Below the pieces are notes generated by a model that saw only the letters and a list, made by a program, of their open reading frames with translations, had not been told where the DNA came from and made no database searches. Of a DNA stretch of 55,606 bases, positions 18,671 to 29,378 are shown piece after piece (the first letter of the stretch is position 1; every line of letters begins with the position of its first letter). Position numbers and translations under genes: made by a program. Source of the stretch: Chitinophagaceae bacterium. GTDB taxonomy: Bacteria > Bacteroidota > Bacteroidia > Chitinophagales > Chitinophagaceae. The stretch lies in contig JAHEMO010000001.1 in the NCBI GenBank assembly GCA_024643625.1, forward strand, positions 1-55,606, read 5' to 3'.

Positions 18671-19495
18671 TCAATCCTTGCGCTGCTTTTTACCGGCTTT
18701 AAAATGTTTGAGCAGTCTGATTTCCGATTCGTCGAGTAAACGCCATTTGCCCCGGGTTACATTTTTCTTCGTTAGTCCGGCAAACATTACCCTGTCCAGA
18801 TTTTCTACATCATAGCCAAGATGCTCGAACATGCGGCGCACAATGCGGTTGCGCCCGCTGTGAATTTCGATACCCACAATATTTTTTGCCGGCAAAGCGG
18901 CATAGCCTATGGCATCTGCTTTTATGGGGCCATCTTCGAGCTCAATACCATGTGCCAGCTTTTCCAAATCGACTACGGCCACATCCTTGTTTAATTTTAC
19001 CTCGTATATTTTTTTTACTTCAAAACTGGGGTGCGTCAGTTGCTGGGCAAGGTCTCCATCGTTGGTCAGCAACAATACGCCCGTAGTATTTCTATCGAGC
19101 CTGCCCACCGGGTATACTCGCTCCTTTGTAGCTGTTTTGACAAGATCGAGCACCGTTTTTCTGCCCATCTCATCTTCGGCCGTGGTTAAAAAGTCTTTGG
19201 GTTTGTTCAGCAGGATGTACACCATCTGCTTTACTATTTGCACCGGTTTGTCTTGCAGCATTACCTTGTCTTCCGGGCCCACTTTAAAGCCAGGCTCGGT
19301 TATTACTTCGCCATTTACTCTCACCTTACCGGCTTTTACTTCTTCGGCAGCCTGCCGGCGGCTGCATATACCGCTGTGGGCCAGGTATTTGTTTAGTGGC
19401 ATTACCGTTGGGGTATCATCCGGTTGGGAAATTGCGGGTTTTAATACCAGTTTCTTTTTGGGAGAGTGCCCGTGCGATGGTTTAGCTTTTTTCAT
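18671..19495 (-). CDS. rluB: 23S rRNA pseudouridine synthase (RsuA/RluB family)
   Basis: S4 domain LNKYLAHSGICSRR; PVGRLDRNTTG catalytic motif; GRNRIVRRM. Confidence 0.88.
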   Translation of the reverse strand: MKKAKPSHGHSPKKKLVLKPAISQPDDTPTVMPLNKYLAHSGICSRRQAAEEVKAGKVRVNGEVITEPGFKVGPEDKVMLQDKPVQIVKQMVYILLNKPKDFLTTAEDEMGRKTVLDLVKTATKERVYPVGRLDRNTTGVLLLTNDGDLAQQLTHPSFEVKKIYEVKLNKDVAVVDLEKLAHGIELEDGPIKADAIGYAALPAKNIVGIEIHSGRNRIVRRMFEHLGYDVENLDRVMFAGLTKKNVTRGKWRLLDESEIRLLKHFKAGKKQRKD

Positions 19496-19580
19496 GCCTT
19501 AATTATATGCCTGCTGTTGAGGCTGTCAAAGATGCCTTTAAATTGGCTAAGCCTGGGCAAGTTCTTTTGCGGCCACAGTC

Positions 19581-19615
19581 ATAAAATAAAACTGCCGCAA
19601 CAAGCGTGCGGCAGT
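19581..19615 (-). terminator. Intrinsic terminator of the Spy/CpxP-like gene
   Basis: ACTGCCGCA/TGCGGCAGT 9-bp stem, U-rich tail on the minus strand. Confidence 0.7.
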
Positions 19616-19644
19616 GTAAATGGATCAGATGAAATCAGCCTTTA

Positions 19645-20301
19645 TCAGGTATTTTCAGGTTTGCCCTGGTGTGGTTGTGGGTGTGACCGGTGGTGTTTTT
19701 TTCTGCCATGCTGTTGGTGCATCGCTTTCATTTGTTGCATTTGCTCTTCGCTCAATATTTTTTTGAGGCTGTCTTTGCGGCTTTCCATCAGTTGTTTGCG
19801 CGCTGTTTCAAATTCGGTGCGGGTGGCAGCATTTCTCATCGCCAGGCGCTTATTTTCCTCCTGTTGGTGCAATGCCTTCAGTTGCGTTTGCTGTTCGGTG
19901 GTAAGCTTCAGTTTTTCGGCCATTTGCTGGTGAGGTACGCCTTCGCCCTTTTTGGCCATTTGTTGGTGGGCCTCCCATTTGGTTTTCTGCTCGGGCGTCA
20001 GGATATTTTGAAAGGCCTGTTGCTGCTGCTTTCTCAGGGCGAATAGTTGATCACGTTGCTGCTTTACCGTTATATTTTCTTGCTTCATCAGGTCGGACCG
20101 CTTTTGCTCAAATTCCTTTTTTCCCTTGGTCAGGCTCTGTTTTTGGGCGTCGGAAAGTTGCAAATCGGACATGTTATTACCCCGTCTTTGCTGGTGCATT
20201 TTATGTTCCTGTTTGGGTTTTCCGGTAGGCTGGGCTAATAAGGGTTGGGCCATCAAAAGGGTTGCTATGGCCAATGCGGTAATCTTAATTGTAGTTTTCA
20301 T
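19645..20301 (-). CDS. Spy/CpxP-like periplasmic protein (LTxxQ repeats)
   Basis: Signal peptide; LSDAQ, LTPEQ, LTTEQ, LSEEQ repeats; Q/K/H-rich helices. Confidence 0.75.
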   Translation of the reverse strand: MKTTIKITALAIATLLMAQPLLAQPTGKPKQEHKMHQQRRGNNMSDLQLSDAQKQSLTKGKKEFEQKRSDLMKQENITVKQQRDQLFALRKQQQQAFQNILTPEQKTKWEAHQQMAKKGEGVPHQQMAEKLKLTTEQQTQLKALHQQEENKRLAMRNAATRTEFETARKQLMESRKDSLKKILSEEQMQQMKAMHQQHGRKKHHRSHPQPHQGKPENT

Positions 20302-20385
20302 TGTAATTGATTTTAATGATAGATAGGCGGCAACGACCTAGGGTTTAATGCTTTAACCCTAATTAACCGCCATACACAGCAGTTA

Positions 20386-20423
20386 GCAAAAAACAAAAAC
20401 CACCGGCGGGGGCCGATGGCTTT
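20386..20423 (-). terminator. dnaA terminator
   Basis: Minus strand GCCATCGGC-cccc-GCCGGTGGT followed by a T-run. Confidence 0.7.
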
Positions 20424-20454
20424 GCTAATAATAATAATAGTATAGTGAGTATTA

Positions 20455-21888
20455 CTATAAAGCGGCTAGTTGAACTTTTTGGGTAAGTTCCATTACATTC
20501 TCTTTGAAAACACTGTCGGTATCCATCAAATCTTTTACCGTTTGGCAACTATGGATAACGGTGGTATGGTCGCGGCCTCCAAAATGCTCGCCAATGGTTT
20601 TCAGTGAATTTTTGGTAAATGCCTTGGCGAGGTACATGGTAATCTGCCGAGCCTGAACAATTTCGCGCTTCCTGGTTTTTTGCTGCAGTTTTTCGTAAGG
20701 CACATCAAAATACTCGCAAACCATTTTTTGAATGCTGTCGATGGTAATTTCCTTACTGCTGGTTTTAATATGGTTGCGCAACACTTTTTTGGCTAATTCC
20801 AGATCTATATCCCGCTTATTCAGCGAAGATTGTGCCAGCAAAGAAATTAATGCGCCTTCCAGTTCACGAATATTGGTATTAATATTATAGGCCAGATATT
20901 TTACCACTTCACGTGGCATTTCGAGGCCATCATTTTTCATTTTGCGTTCCAGTATCTCTATTCTGGTGTCGTAATCAGGCATTTGCAAATCGGCACTCAA
21001 GCCCCAGCGGAAGCGGCTTAGCAGTCTTTCCTGCAATCCTTCTAAATCTTTAGGGGGTTTGTCGCTGGATAAAACCAATTGCTTGCCACTTTGGTGCAAA
21101 TGATTGAAAATGGCAAAAAATGCATCCTGCGATTTTTCGGCGCGGGCAAAAAACTGCACATCATCAATAATCAGTACATCTATTAACTGATAAAAATGGA
21201 TGAAGTCATTAATGGCGTTATTGCGACTATGATCCTGAAACTGGTTGATAAATTTTTCGCTGCTCACATACAGCACCACTTTATTAGGGTGAAGTTTTTT
21301 TACCTCATTACCAATACTTTGGGCTAAATGTGTTTTGCCAAGGCCCACGCCACCATACACTACAAGCGGATTAAATGAGTTGGCACCTGGTTTTTCAGCA
21401 ACTGTTTTTCCGGCCCGGCGGGCCACACGGTTACAGTCACCTTCAATGTAGGAGTCAAAGGTATAGGCAGCATTTAGCTGCGGATCAATCTGAATTTTCT
21501 TTAAACCCGGTATTACGAACGGATTCTTTACCGGGTTATTCACCACCAGCGGAAAGTCCATAACGTTATTGTTATAAATGCGAATATTATTGGCCGGCAA
21601 ATCCATGGTTTGCGGCTGATGACTGCCATTACCGCTATCCACCATTATACGATATTCAAGCCTTGCCTCTTTGCCTAATTCGCGTTTTAGTGTTTTAGCA
21701 ATAAGTGTAATATAGTGTTCTTCTATGTATTCATAAAAGAACTGACTAGGTACTTGAATTGTTAATACTTTACTTTCCAGGCCTACGGGTTTAATCGGCT
21801 CGAACCAGGTTTTAAAATGTTGCCACTCAACGATGTCTTTTATGATATGAAGGCAACTTTCCCAAACCCTGTCGCAAGTTTTATTCAT
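20455..21888 (-). CDS. dnaA: Chromosomal replication initiator DnaA
   Basis: FKTWF, YGGVGLGKTHL, IDDVQF, RELEGAL, GGRDHTTVIH. Confidence 0.98.
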   Translation of the reverse strand: MNKTCDRVWESCLHIIKDIVEWQHFKTWFEPIKPVGLESKVLTIQVPSQFFYEYIEEHYITLIAKTLKRELGKEARLEYRIMVDSGNGSHQPQTMDLPANNIRIYNNNVMDFPLVVNNPVKNPFVIPGLKKIQIDPQLNAAYTFDSYIEGDCNRVARRAGKTVAEKPGANSFNPLVVYGGVGLGKTHLAQSIGNEVKKLHPNKVVLYVSSEKFINQFQDHSRNNAINDFIHFYQLIDVLIIDDVQFFARAEKSQDAFFAIFNHLHQSGKQLVLSSDKPPKDLEGLQERLLSRFRWGLSADLQMPDYDTRIEILERKMKNDGLEMPREVVKYLAYNINTNIRELEGALISLLAQSSLNKRDIDLELAKKVLRNHIKTSSKEITIDSIQKMVCEYFDVPYEKLQQKTRKREIVQARQITMYLAKAFTKNSLKTIGEHFGGRDHTTVIHSCQTVKDLMDTDSVFKENVMELTQKVQLAAL

Positions 21889-22026
21889 CAGGATAACAAC
21901 AATTTATATAGAGTTAATAATCTTCTGCGGTGTGATCAATACGCTACTAAAAAAGCAACATTATTGAGGGTGCAAGACAAGGTAGCGAATATCAATTCTT
22001 TCAGTTGAAAAAAAAATTTTTTCATC

Positions 22027-22953
22027 TCAACTTTTCTGTTCTACTACCATATTAACTGTACCGGCAAACTTTTGCTTATGCACATCGGCAAATTCAATAT
22101 CTATTCTTCCTAAATAAATGCCGCCCCAACCTACCTGATTAATAATGACTTGTCTTCCGGCTTTGTTAGCTACTACCCTTGGTTCATTCAAAAATGTATG
22201 GGTATGGCCACCAATTATGATATCGATATCAGCAGATGCAGCGGCAAGCGAAACATCAGAAATTTTAGGATTTTTACCATAGTCGAACCCTAAATGGCTA
22301 AGACAAATAATAAGATCGCATTTTTCATACTTCCGCAAATGCAAAGCCATTTCATCTGCCACATCCTGAGGGCTGTGGTATATGGTTTGCTGGTACAACG
22401 ATTTGGGTACCAATCCTTCAAGTTCAATACCAAGGCCAAAAACACCAATCCGAATCCGGCCTTTCTTAAAAATCTGATAGGGTTTGTAATTGCCCTGCAT
22501 GCTGGTAGCGGTAAACTTATAGTTGCTGATGATGACTGGAAAATTGGCATGCTCCAGTTGTTTGGCAAAATTGTCGATGCCACCGTCAAAGTCGTGGTTG
22601 CCCATGGTGGCAGCATCATAACCCATGGCGCTCATGGCTTTCATCTCGGGCTCGCCCTTGAAGAAATTAAAATAAGGTGTTCCCTGAAAAATATCGCCGG
22701 CATCCAGCAAGAGCACATGTTTATTCTCATTTCTGATTTGTTTTATGAGTTGCATGCGTTGGGCTACACCCCCCAATCCCTGATTGCGGCTGCCATCCAT
22801 AGGAAAAGGATCAAGCCTGCTATGCACATCGTTGGTATGCAGTAACACTAATTTTTCCTGGGCAGGTGCTGCCAAAACACCGGTTGAAGGAGCCATTCCT
22901 GCTGCGCCAAGTAACCAGGTGGTTTGTTGTATAAATGTCCTCCTGCTTTGCAT
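22027..22953 (-). CDS. 5'-nucleotidase, metallophosphoesterase subunit (Tat signal)
   Basis: SRRTF Tat motif; HTNDVH, DAGD, GNHDFD, LSHLG, GGHTH. Confidence 0.9.
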   Translation of the reverse strand: MQSRRTFIQQTTWLLGAAGMAPSTGVLAAPAQEKLVLLHTNDVHSRLDPFPMDGSRNQGLGGVAQRMQLIKQIRNENKHVLLLDAGDIFQGTPYFNFFKGEPEMKAMSAMGYDAATMGNHDFDGGIDNFAKQLEHANFPVIISNYKFTATSMQGNYKPYQIFKKGRIRIGVFGLGIELEGLVPKSLYQQTIYHSPQDVADEMALHLRKYEKCDLIICLSHLGFDYGKNPKISDVSLAAASADIDIIIGGHTHTFLNEPRVVANKAGRQVIINQVGWGGIYLGRIDIEFADVHKQKFAGTVNMVVEQKS

Positions 22954-22956
22954 GGC

Positions 22957-23706
22957 TTATTGTTTCTTATTAAGGCGATTGGTGTCAGGTTCGGCAATTG
23001 CATTACCCTGTTTGGCATGGAACTTAATATAATCTATCAGGGCATCGCGCTGCAGGTAGCCGGCATTTTGGCGCGGAAGATTTTGCATCGAATTGCCATT
23101 GTCACCGCCTTCAGCCAAATAATCACTAATCGCCAGATAATAGGTGGAGTCTGCGTGAAAGGGTTTGCCTCCTATCAATACCGAACCATGTAGGATGTTG
23201 AGGCCACTTACCGACCATTCTGCCTGGCTAAAATTGGGCGAAGACATCATGCTACTGATAGTATTTCCTGGCACGGCTACACAAAAAAGCAAATTATCAA
23301 ATGGCATGAGCTCGTATACTTTACCCACCGTTATCATTCCGGCGGGCAATTCCTGCAGGCGATAGCCTCCTCTGTTCATAACTGCAAGATCCACCTGCTC
23401 ATAGCGGGTACTGGCACCAAACAATAGGGCATCTGCTACAAAATTGCCTAAGGTGTTTTCACCGGCAGTTTTGCTTAAGGTTACAGCCAATTGGCCAATA
23501 ACGGTTTCCATACTCTCCGATACGCTATCACGGTAAGGGGCTACCAGATGCCACAAGGCGGAGTCTTTACCAGAAGCGTTGTTCACTTCGCTCCGTTGCC
23601 ATGCAGCCCTGGTGGGTTGGTGCCAGGTACGACAACCCATGATGCCGCAAACAGATAGCATTACCAGATACCATTTTAGCATAGCCTGCAAATTTGGATG
23701 TCGCAC
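22957..23706 (-). CDS. 5'-nucleotidase C-terminal (substrate-binding) domain lipoprotein
   Basis: LGNFVADA, NRGGYR, ELMPFDN, DYLAEGGD; lipobox MGC. Split nucleotidase typical of Bacteroidota. Confidence 0.85.
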   Translation of the reverse strand: MRHPNLQAMLKWYLVMLSVCGIMGCRTWHQPTRAAWQRSEVNNASGKDSALWHLVAPYRDSVSESMETVIGQLAVTLSKTAGENTLGNFVADALLFGASTRYEQVDLAVMNRGGYRLQELPAGMITVGKVYELMPFDNLLFCVAVPGNTISSMMSSPNFSQAEWSVSGLNILHGSVLIGGKPFHADSTYYLAISDYLAEGGDNGNSMQNLPRQNAGYLQRDALIDYIKFHAKQGNAIAEPDTNRLNKKQ

Positions 23707-23818
23707 AGTATTAATTACCAGTATTGTAAATTTTTATTTTGGCGTAGTAAATGGCCTGTTGCTGTTTGGCCAAATGCAACGTTATTTGTACTGTTCGTGT
23801 AATATTATATTATATACT

Positions 23819-24202
23819 ATGAGTTATGAAGTTTCGGGCAAATTGATTGCCAAATATGACGAAGTGCAACGTACAGCTACTTTCAAAACACGTGAATTTG
23901 TGGTTGAGGTGTCGGAAAATATTAATGGTCGCGACATTACCAATTATGTAAAAATGCAATGCGTGCAAGACCGCACTGCCATGGTGGACCGCCACAATAT
24001 TGGCGATATGGTAAAAGTGAGTTTTAACCTGCGCGGCAGCAAATGGTCTCGCGACGGCAAAGAAAATTATATTACCAACCTTGATGCCTGGCGCATGGAA
24101 TCCCTGAAAATGGAAGGTGGCAATAACGGCTATGTGCCCGATTTTGCTCCAGACAATCAACCGGACACCAATGAGCCACCGGCTGACGATCTTCCTTTCT
24201 AG
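23819..24202 (+). CDS. DUF3127 protein (SSB-like OB fold with acidic DDLPF tail)
   Basis: MSYEVSGK...FKTREFVV...VKVSFNLRG..W...AWR...DDLPF; ATG 23819. Confidence 0.85.
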   Translation: MSYEVSGKLIAKYDEVQRTATFKTREFVVEVSENINGRDITNYVKMQCVQDRTAMVDRHNIGDMVKVSFNLRGSKWSRDGKENYITNLDAWRMESLKMEGGNNGYVPDFAPDNQPDTNEPPADDLPF

Positions 24203-24252
24203 GCATTTTCGTTTTAGCCACATCTTTTTTGTTGGGATAAATACCTGACCGG

Positions 24253-25851
24253 ATGCTGCAAACCATACAAATAACCATAGCGCCACAATTGGCCGCCGAT
24301 GCCGAAAGCCACAAACTGGCTGTGGCAAGCGCATTGGGATGCCTGCCGGCAGATTTACTTGGCTATCATATTGAAAAGCAATCGCTTGACGCAAGATCGC
24401 GGCAGGCACTTTTGCACCAAACCATTGTGGCCGCTGTGGGTGAGCCATACCATGGCCGCGAAAAGATTTCGTTTCAACCCGTTGGCATTCATGATGCTGA
24501 AAAGCCCGTTGTAATTGCCGGGGCCGGACCTGCAGGTTTGTTTGCTGCACTCCATTTATTGGAACAAGGCATAAAACCTATTATTCTAGAAAGAGGAAAA
24601 GATGTTCGGCAGCGCCGCAGAGACCTTGCGCTGCTCAATAAATCCGGCATACTTAATCCGGAATCGAATTATTGTTTTGGGGAGGGTGGGGCAGGCACTT
24701 ATAGTGATGGTAAACTGTATACACGCAGCCATAAACGAGGCAATATTATGCGGGTGCTGCAGCTGCTGCACTATTTTGGCGCCGACGAGCGCATCTTGTA
24801 TGAGGCACATCCGCATATTGGTACCAACAAACTGCCGCATATTATAGTTTCCATGCGCGAAGCCATTGTGGCCGCCGGTGGTGAGATCAGATTTGATACC
24901 CGGCTTACCGATATTATTATTAAGAACGATAGCGTAGCCGGCGTAGTTACCGCTCAGGGGTATACGATTGATTGCGGGCAGTTGGTTTTGGCCACCGGGC
25001 ATTCGGCCCGCGATATATTTTATTTGCTGCACGCTAAAGGAATTGCTATTGAGGCCAAGCCTTTTGCGCTTGGCGTAAGGGTTGAGCATCCACAGGAAAT
25101 GATAGATGCAGCTCGCTACCATTGTGAGCGCAGGCCCGAATGGTTGCCACCTGCCGCCTACAGTCTGGTGCAGCAAGTAGGGGGCAAGGGCGTTTTTTCT
25201 TTTTGTATGTGCCCGGGTGGCATTATTGCCCCCGCAGCTACATCGCCCAACGAATTGGTGGTGAATGGCTGGAGCCCAAGCAGGCGCAATAATCCTTTCG
25301 CCAATAGCGGACTGGTAGTGGAAGTGAGCCATGCCGACATTGTGCAGGAAAAGGGAAAGTTGATGCATGACATGCAACTGAAAGCCTCCGATTTGGAAGG
25401 TCCGCTTGCGTTTCTACACTTTCAGCAATGGGTGGAGCGCAACTGTTTTGCCGCCGGTGGCGGGAATTTTAAAGCGCCGGCCCAGCGTATAAGCGATTTT
25501 GTTGCCGGAAAGGCCTCCCAAACATTGCCGGATTGCAGTTATCAGCCCGGTGTGGTGCCTGCCGATTTGAAAACCGTTCTGCCTGCATTTGTGCATGAGC
25601 GACTAAGGGAGGGCCTGCGCATTTTCAATACAAAAATAAAAGGCTATAGCAGCGAGGCTGGCATTATGGTAGCTACGGAAAGCCGCACTTCATCGCCGGT
25701 GCGGGTACCGCGAAACCCCGATACGCTTGAACATATAGCATTAAAAGGACTATATCCCTGTGCGGAAGGTGCGGGGTATGCCGGTGGCATTGTAAGCGCA
25801 GCAATGGATGGTGAAAAAGTAGCAGCTCAATTGGCCAAAATGCGGGCATAA
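24253..25851 (+). CDS. NAD(P)/FAD-dependent oxidoreductase
   Basis: GAGPAGLFAA, FGEGGAGTYSDGKL, PHIGT, FCMCPGG, EGAGYAGGIVSAA. Confidence 0.9.
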   Translation: MLQTIQITIAPQLAADAESHKLAVASALGCLPADLLGYHIEKQSLDARSRQALLHQTIVAAVGEPYHGREKISFQPVGIHDAEKPVVIAGAGPAGLFAALHLLEQGIKPIILERGKDVRQRRRDLALLNKSGILNPESNYCFGEGGAGTYSDGKLYTRSHKRGNIMRVLQLLHYFGADERILYEAHPHIGTNKLPHIIVSMREAIVAAGGEIRFDTRLTDIIIKNDSVAGVVTAQGYTIDCGQLVLATGHSARDIFYLLHAKGIAIEAKPFALGVRVEHPQEMIDAARYHCERRPEWLPPAAYSLVQQVGGKGVFSFCMCPGGIIAPAATSPNELVVNGWSPSRRNNPFANSGLVVEVSHADIVQEKGKLMHDMQLKASDLEGPLAFLHFQQWVERNCFAAGGGNFKAPAQRISDFVAGKASQTLPDCSYQPGVVPADLKTVLPAFVHERLREGLRIFNTKIKGYSSEAGIMVATESRTSSPVRVPRNPDTLEHIALKGLYPCAEGAGYAGGIVSAAMDGEKVAAQLAKMRA

Positions 25852-26004
25852 CGCGGTTATATACTGCAATAACCGCACATCATAAACATTTGCTGTTAAC
25901 AGCAGTATTGGCATTTATTGCAAAAATTAGTTGACGATTTTGTAATATTCGCTGCATTGTAAACACCAATCAGCCAACCGAACCGAATCATTAATCACCA
26001 CATC

Positions 26005-26934
26005 ATGAGTAGCATTTTAGAAGTAAAAGGGCTTAAAAAGCATTTTAGCAACCAAAAGGCGGTGGACGATATTTCGTTTGCCATAGCACCGGGAAAAATT
26101 TATGGCTTGCTCGGCCCAAATGGGGCGGGTAAAACCACACTTATCCGGATGATAACCGGCATTTTTTATCCCGATGAGGGTACCATTCAATTTGAGGGCA
26201 AACGTTTTTCGCCTGAGGATGATGCCATTAAAATTGGCTATATGCCCGAAGAGCGCGGCCTGTATAAAAAAATGAAAGTGGGCGAACAGGCCATGTATCT
26301 CGCACAACTTAAGGGGCTTCCAAAAGCCAAGGCCGAAGCGGCCATTAAAGAATGGTTTGTGCGTATGGAAATGGAAAGCTGGTGGAATAAAAAGGTGGAA
26401 GACCTGAGCAAGGGTATGGGTCAAAAACTGCAGTTTGTGACCACCGTTTTGCATCAGCCCAAACTTATTATTCTTGATGAACCCTTTAGCGGACTAGACC
26501 CGGTAAACAGCAACCTCATAAAGGATGAAATTTACCGTATAGCCAAAGAAGGCTCAACCATTATATTCAGCACCCACCGCATGGAGCAGGTGGAAGAAAT
26601 TTGTGATGACATCATACTAGTAAATAAGGGGCAAAAAGTGCTGGAAGGCGAAGTGCATGAGGTAAAGCAACGCTATAAGGAACATCTCTTTAGGATTAGC
26701 ACAGCGCAGGCTGAATCCGTTGAAACCAACAATATTTTTGAAGTTGTGGGACAGCAAGCCAACCAAATGGTGATAAAGCTACACGATGGCATAGATAACA
26801 ATACAGTGCTCCGCCACTTTATTGACCAAGGCATACAGATTGAAAGCTTCGCTGAAATACTGCCTTCGCTCAACGATATTTTTCTGAAAATAGTAGAAGG
26901 CACACCCACAGCCCGTCAGTTTGAATGGAACTAA
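26005..26934 (+). CDS. ABC-2 transporter ATP-binding protein (NatA-like)
   Basis: GPNGAGKTT, LSKGM signature, ILDEPFSGLD, STH. Confidence 0.93.
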   Translation: MSSILEVKGLKKHFSNQKAVDDISFAIAPGKIYGLLGPNGAGKTTLIRMITGIFYPDEGTIQFEGKRFSPEDDAIKIGYMPEERGLYKKMKVGEQAMYLAQLKGLPKAKAEAAIKEWFVRMEMESWWNKKVEDLSKGMGQKLQFVTTVLHQPKLIILDEPFSGLDPVNSNLIKDEIYRIAKEGSTIIFSTHRMEQVEEICDDIILVNKGQKVLEGEVHEVKQRYKEHLFRISTAQAESVETNNIFEVVGQQANQMVIKLHDGIDNNTVLRHFIDQGIQIESFAEILPSLNDIFLKIVEGTPTARQFEWN

Positions 26935-26971
26935 TTACAACACTCCCAACATTTTATTTTCCTCCAACTAA

Positions 26972-28303
26972 TTGAATACCATGAATAAGACCTGGCTCAT
27001 AATAAAAAGAGAATACCTGACACGGGTACGCAACAAGACTTTTATCATCAGCACCTTTTTGACTCCGCTGCTGCTGGTAGGTCTGATAGCTGCCGTAACA
27101 TTTATAACGGTAAAGAGTAACTCCAAACAAAAAATAGCGGTAGCCGATAAGGAAGGCTTGCTAAAAGAGTCGCTGCAAAGTAGCGAAAGCCTAAGTTTCG
27201 AATTTTTGGATAATGCCGATACGAGTTTGCTGCAAAAAGGCTACGACGGCGTACTGCTGGCACCGGGCAATGGCACGAACACCGGTACCGATTATAAAAT
27301 TTACTCCGGCAAAAACCTGAGCATATCGGTAGAATCCAAACTGGAACGCAGTATTGACGATGCGGTAGAAAACAAAATGATCAGCGATTTGGGCCAGATA
27401 TCAAAATCAACACTGGACAGTCTTAAGCAGGTGGCCCGGCAAACGAGGCTTGAGCCCATGATTTTAAATGCCGATGCAGAGGTAAAAGCCAGTAATTCAG
27501 GCGTGGCATTTGGCGTAGGGTATGGTGCTGCCTTCCTTATTTACATCACATTATTTTTATATGGAGCGATGGTAATGCGCGGCGTGATGGAAGAAAAAAC
27601 CAACCGCATTGCCGAAGTGGTAATCAGCAGCGTGAAACCAAGGCAGCTGATGATGGGAAAGATTATTGGTATTGGCGCCGTAGGCGTTACCCAGTTTTTA
27701 ATGTGGATTTTGCTCATTCTCATTCTCAGTAATGTATTGGGCGCCTTACTTCCCGCAGAAACGCTCCGGCAGGTAGGCGAAGCCAATCAACAAATGCCTC
27801 AGGCGGGCGGTGGCAGTGCTGCTTTGGATGCCATTGCCAAAACCCAAAATATGCTGGGAACGGTAAACTGGCCCCTCATTATTGGCTGTTTCCTTTTCTA
27901 CTTTGTATTTGGATACCTGTTTTACGCTGCCCTTTTTGCAGCGGTAGGCAGTGCTGTAAATGAAGACCCGCAGGATGCACAAAGCCTGATGTTCCCCATT
28001 ACCCTGCCTATTATTTTGGCCATTATTATCATGATGAACGCCATTAACCAGCCGGAAAGTACACTGGCTACATGGTCCAGCATCATCCCGTTCTTTTCGC
28101 CCATTGTAATGATGGCGAGACTGCCTTTTGGCGTGCCGGGTACGGTACCTTACTGGCAACTGGCCTTAAGCATGGTGTCATTAGTATTGGGTTTTTTGGC
28201 TACCACCTGGCTCAGTGCCAAAATTTACCGCACAGGTATTTTGCTCTATGGCAAAAAAGTTACGCTCAAAGAAATGTGGAAGTGGGCCTTTCGAAAATCG
28301 TAG
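26972..28303 (+). CDS. ABC-2 transporter permease (NatB-like)
   Basis: IIKREY, VMEEKTNRIAEV, multiple TM helices. Confidence 0.9.
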   Translation: MNTMNKTWLIIKREYLTRVRNKTFIISTFLTPLLLVGLIAAVTFITVKSNSKQKIAVADKEGLLKESLQSSESLSFEFLDNADTSLLQKGYDGVLLAPGNGTNTGTDYKIYSGKNLSISVESKLERSIDDAVENKMISDLGQISKSTLDSLKQVARQTRLEPMILNADAEVKASNSGVAFGVGYGAAFLIYITLFLYGAMVMRGVMEEKTNRIAEVVISSVKPRQLMMGKIIGIGAVGVTQFLMWILLILILSNVLGALLPAETLRQVGEANQQMPQAGGGSAALDAIAKTQNMLGTVNWPLIIGCFLFYFVFGYLFYAALFAAVGSAVNEDPQDAQSLMFPITLPIILAIIIMMNAINQPESTLATWSSIIPFFSPIVMMARLPFGVPGTVPYWQLALSMVSLVLGFLATTWLSAKIYRTGILLYGKKVTLKEMWKWAFRKS

Positions 28304-28310
28304 CAGGCCA

Positions 28311-29252
28311 TTAGCGCTGCGGCAGTTGATGGATGGTATCAAGGAATTCATTCCAGATTTCTGCCACCACCTCTGCCGCAGGCTTAATATCTGAAATTAT
28401 GGCGCTTACTTGTCCTATTTCCAGTTCGCCGGCATCCATATCGCCCTCAAACATGCCTTTTTTGCTGCGGCCCCGACCCAGCAATTGGCGTAAATCTTCA
28501 GGGCTGGCGCCGCGCATTTCGGCCTCTTTTACCTGATTGAAAAACCCATTTTTCAGCAGCCGCACCGGCGTTAGTTGCTTTAGGGAAAGCACGGTATCGC
28601 CCTCGCCGGCCTCCAGTACCGCCTGTTTGAATGCCAAATGGCTCGAAGCTTCGGGCGTGGCTACAAAGCGGCTGCCTACCTGAACGCCCTCTGCGCCAAG
28701 GCAAAAGGCAGCAGCCATTTGGCGGCCGGTGGCAATGCCGCCTGCTGCTATTACCGGTATGTGTACCGCCGATGCCACTGCCGGTACAAGCACCATTGTG
28801 GTGGTTTCTTCACGGCCATTATGTCCGCCGGCTTCAAAGCCTTCGGCTACCACTGCATCGCAGCCCGCTTCCTGTGCTTTCAAGGCAAACTTGCTGCTGC
28901 TTACCACATGCACTACAGTAATGCCTGCGGCTTTTAAAGCGGGCGTAAATGTTTTAGGATTACCGGCCGATGAAAAAACGATGGGTACCCGGTGCCGGAT
29001 AATGGTGTCAATATGCTTTTCGATATCCGGATAAAGCAAGGGAATGTTTACGCCAAATGGCTTGTTGGTGGCGGCTTTACATTTTAGGATATGCTCTTCT
29101 AACACGGCGGGATACATGCTACCACTGCCCATAATGCCTAGCCCACCGGCATTGCAAACCGCCGATGCAAGCCGCCAACCGCTTGCCCAAATCATACCCG
29201 CCTGTATTATGGGAACTTGTATTTGAAATAGATCTGTGACCCTGTTTTGCAT
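28311..29252 (-). CDS. Nitronate monooxygenase / FabK-like flavin oxidoreductase
   Basis: PIIQAGM, EGFEAGGH, IAAGGI, GVQVGSRF. Confidence 0.88.
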   Translation of the reverse strand: MQNRVTDLFQIQVPIIQAGMIWASGWRLASAVCNAGGLGIMGSGSMYPAVLEEHILKCKAATNKPFGVNIPLLYPDIEKHIDTIIRHRVPIVFSSAGNPKTFTPALKAAGITVVHVVSSSKFALKAQEAGCDAVVAEGFEAGGHNGREETTTMVLVPAVASAVHIPVIAAGGIATGRQMAAAFCLGAEGVQVGSRFVATPEASSHLAFKQAVLEAGEGDTVLSLKQLTPVRLLKNGFFNQVKEAEMRGASPEDLRQLLGRGRSKKGMFEGDMDAGELEIGQVSAIISDIKPAAEVVAEIWNEFLDTIHQLPQR

Positions 29253-29378
29253 GGCATGCTGAATTGTGTGCGGGGCAATTTACTATTTTGACCCGCAGTA
29301 CTGATTCGGCATGGTTTGTCGACGGCAGGAAAATGATTTCCGCTATTTTTCAATCGCAAATTCTGCATCACGATATCA

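Noticed and set aside
21889-22026. oriC next to dnaA
   Set aside because: No TTATCCACA-like DnaA box cluster seen on either side of dnaA, and dnaN is not adjacent.
23810-25377. Long antisense ORFs (246 aa and 263 aa), also 18909..19502, 30337..30972 and 34528..35130
   Set aside because: Shadows of well-supported genes on the opposite strand, with no recognisable motifs.
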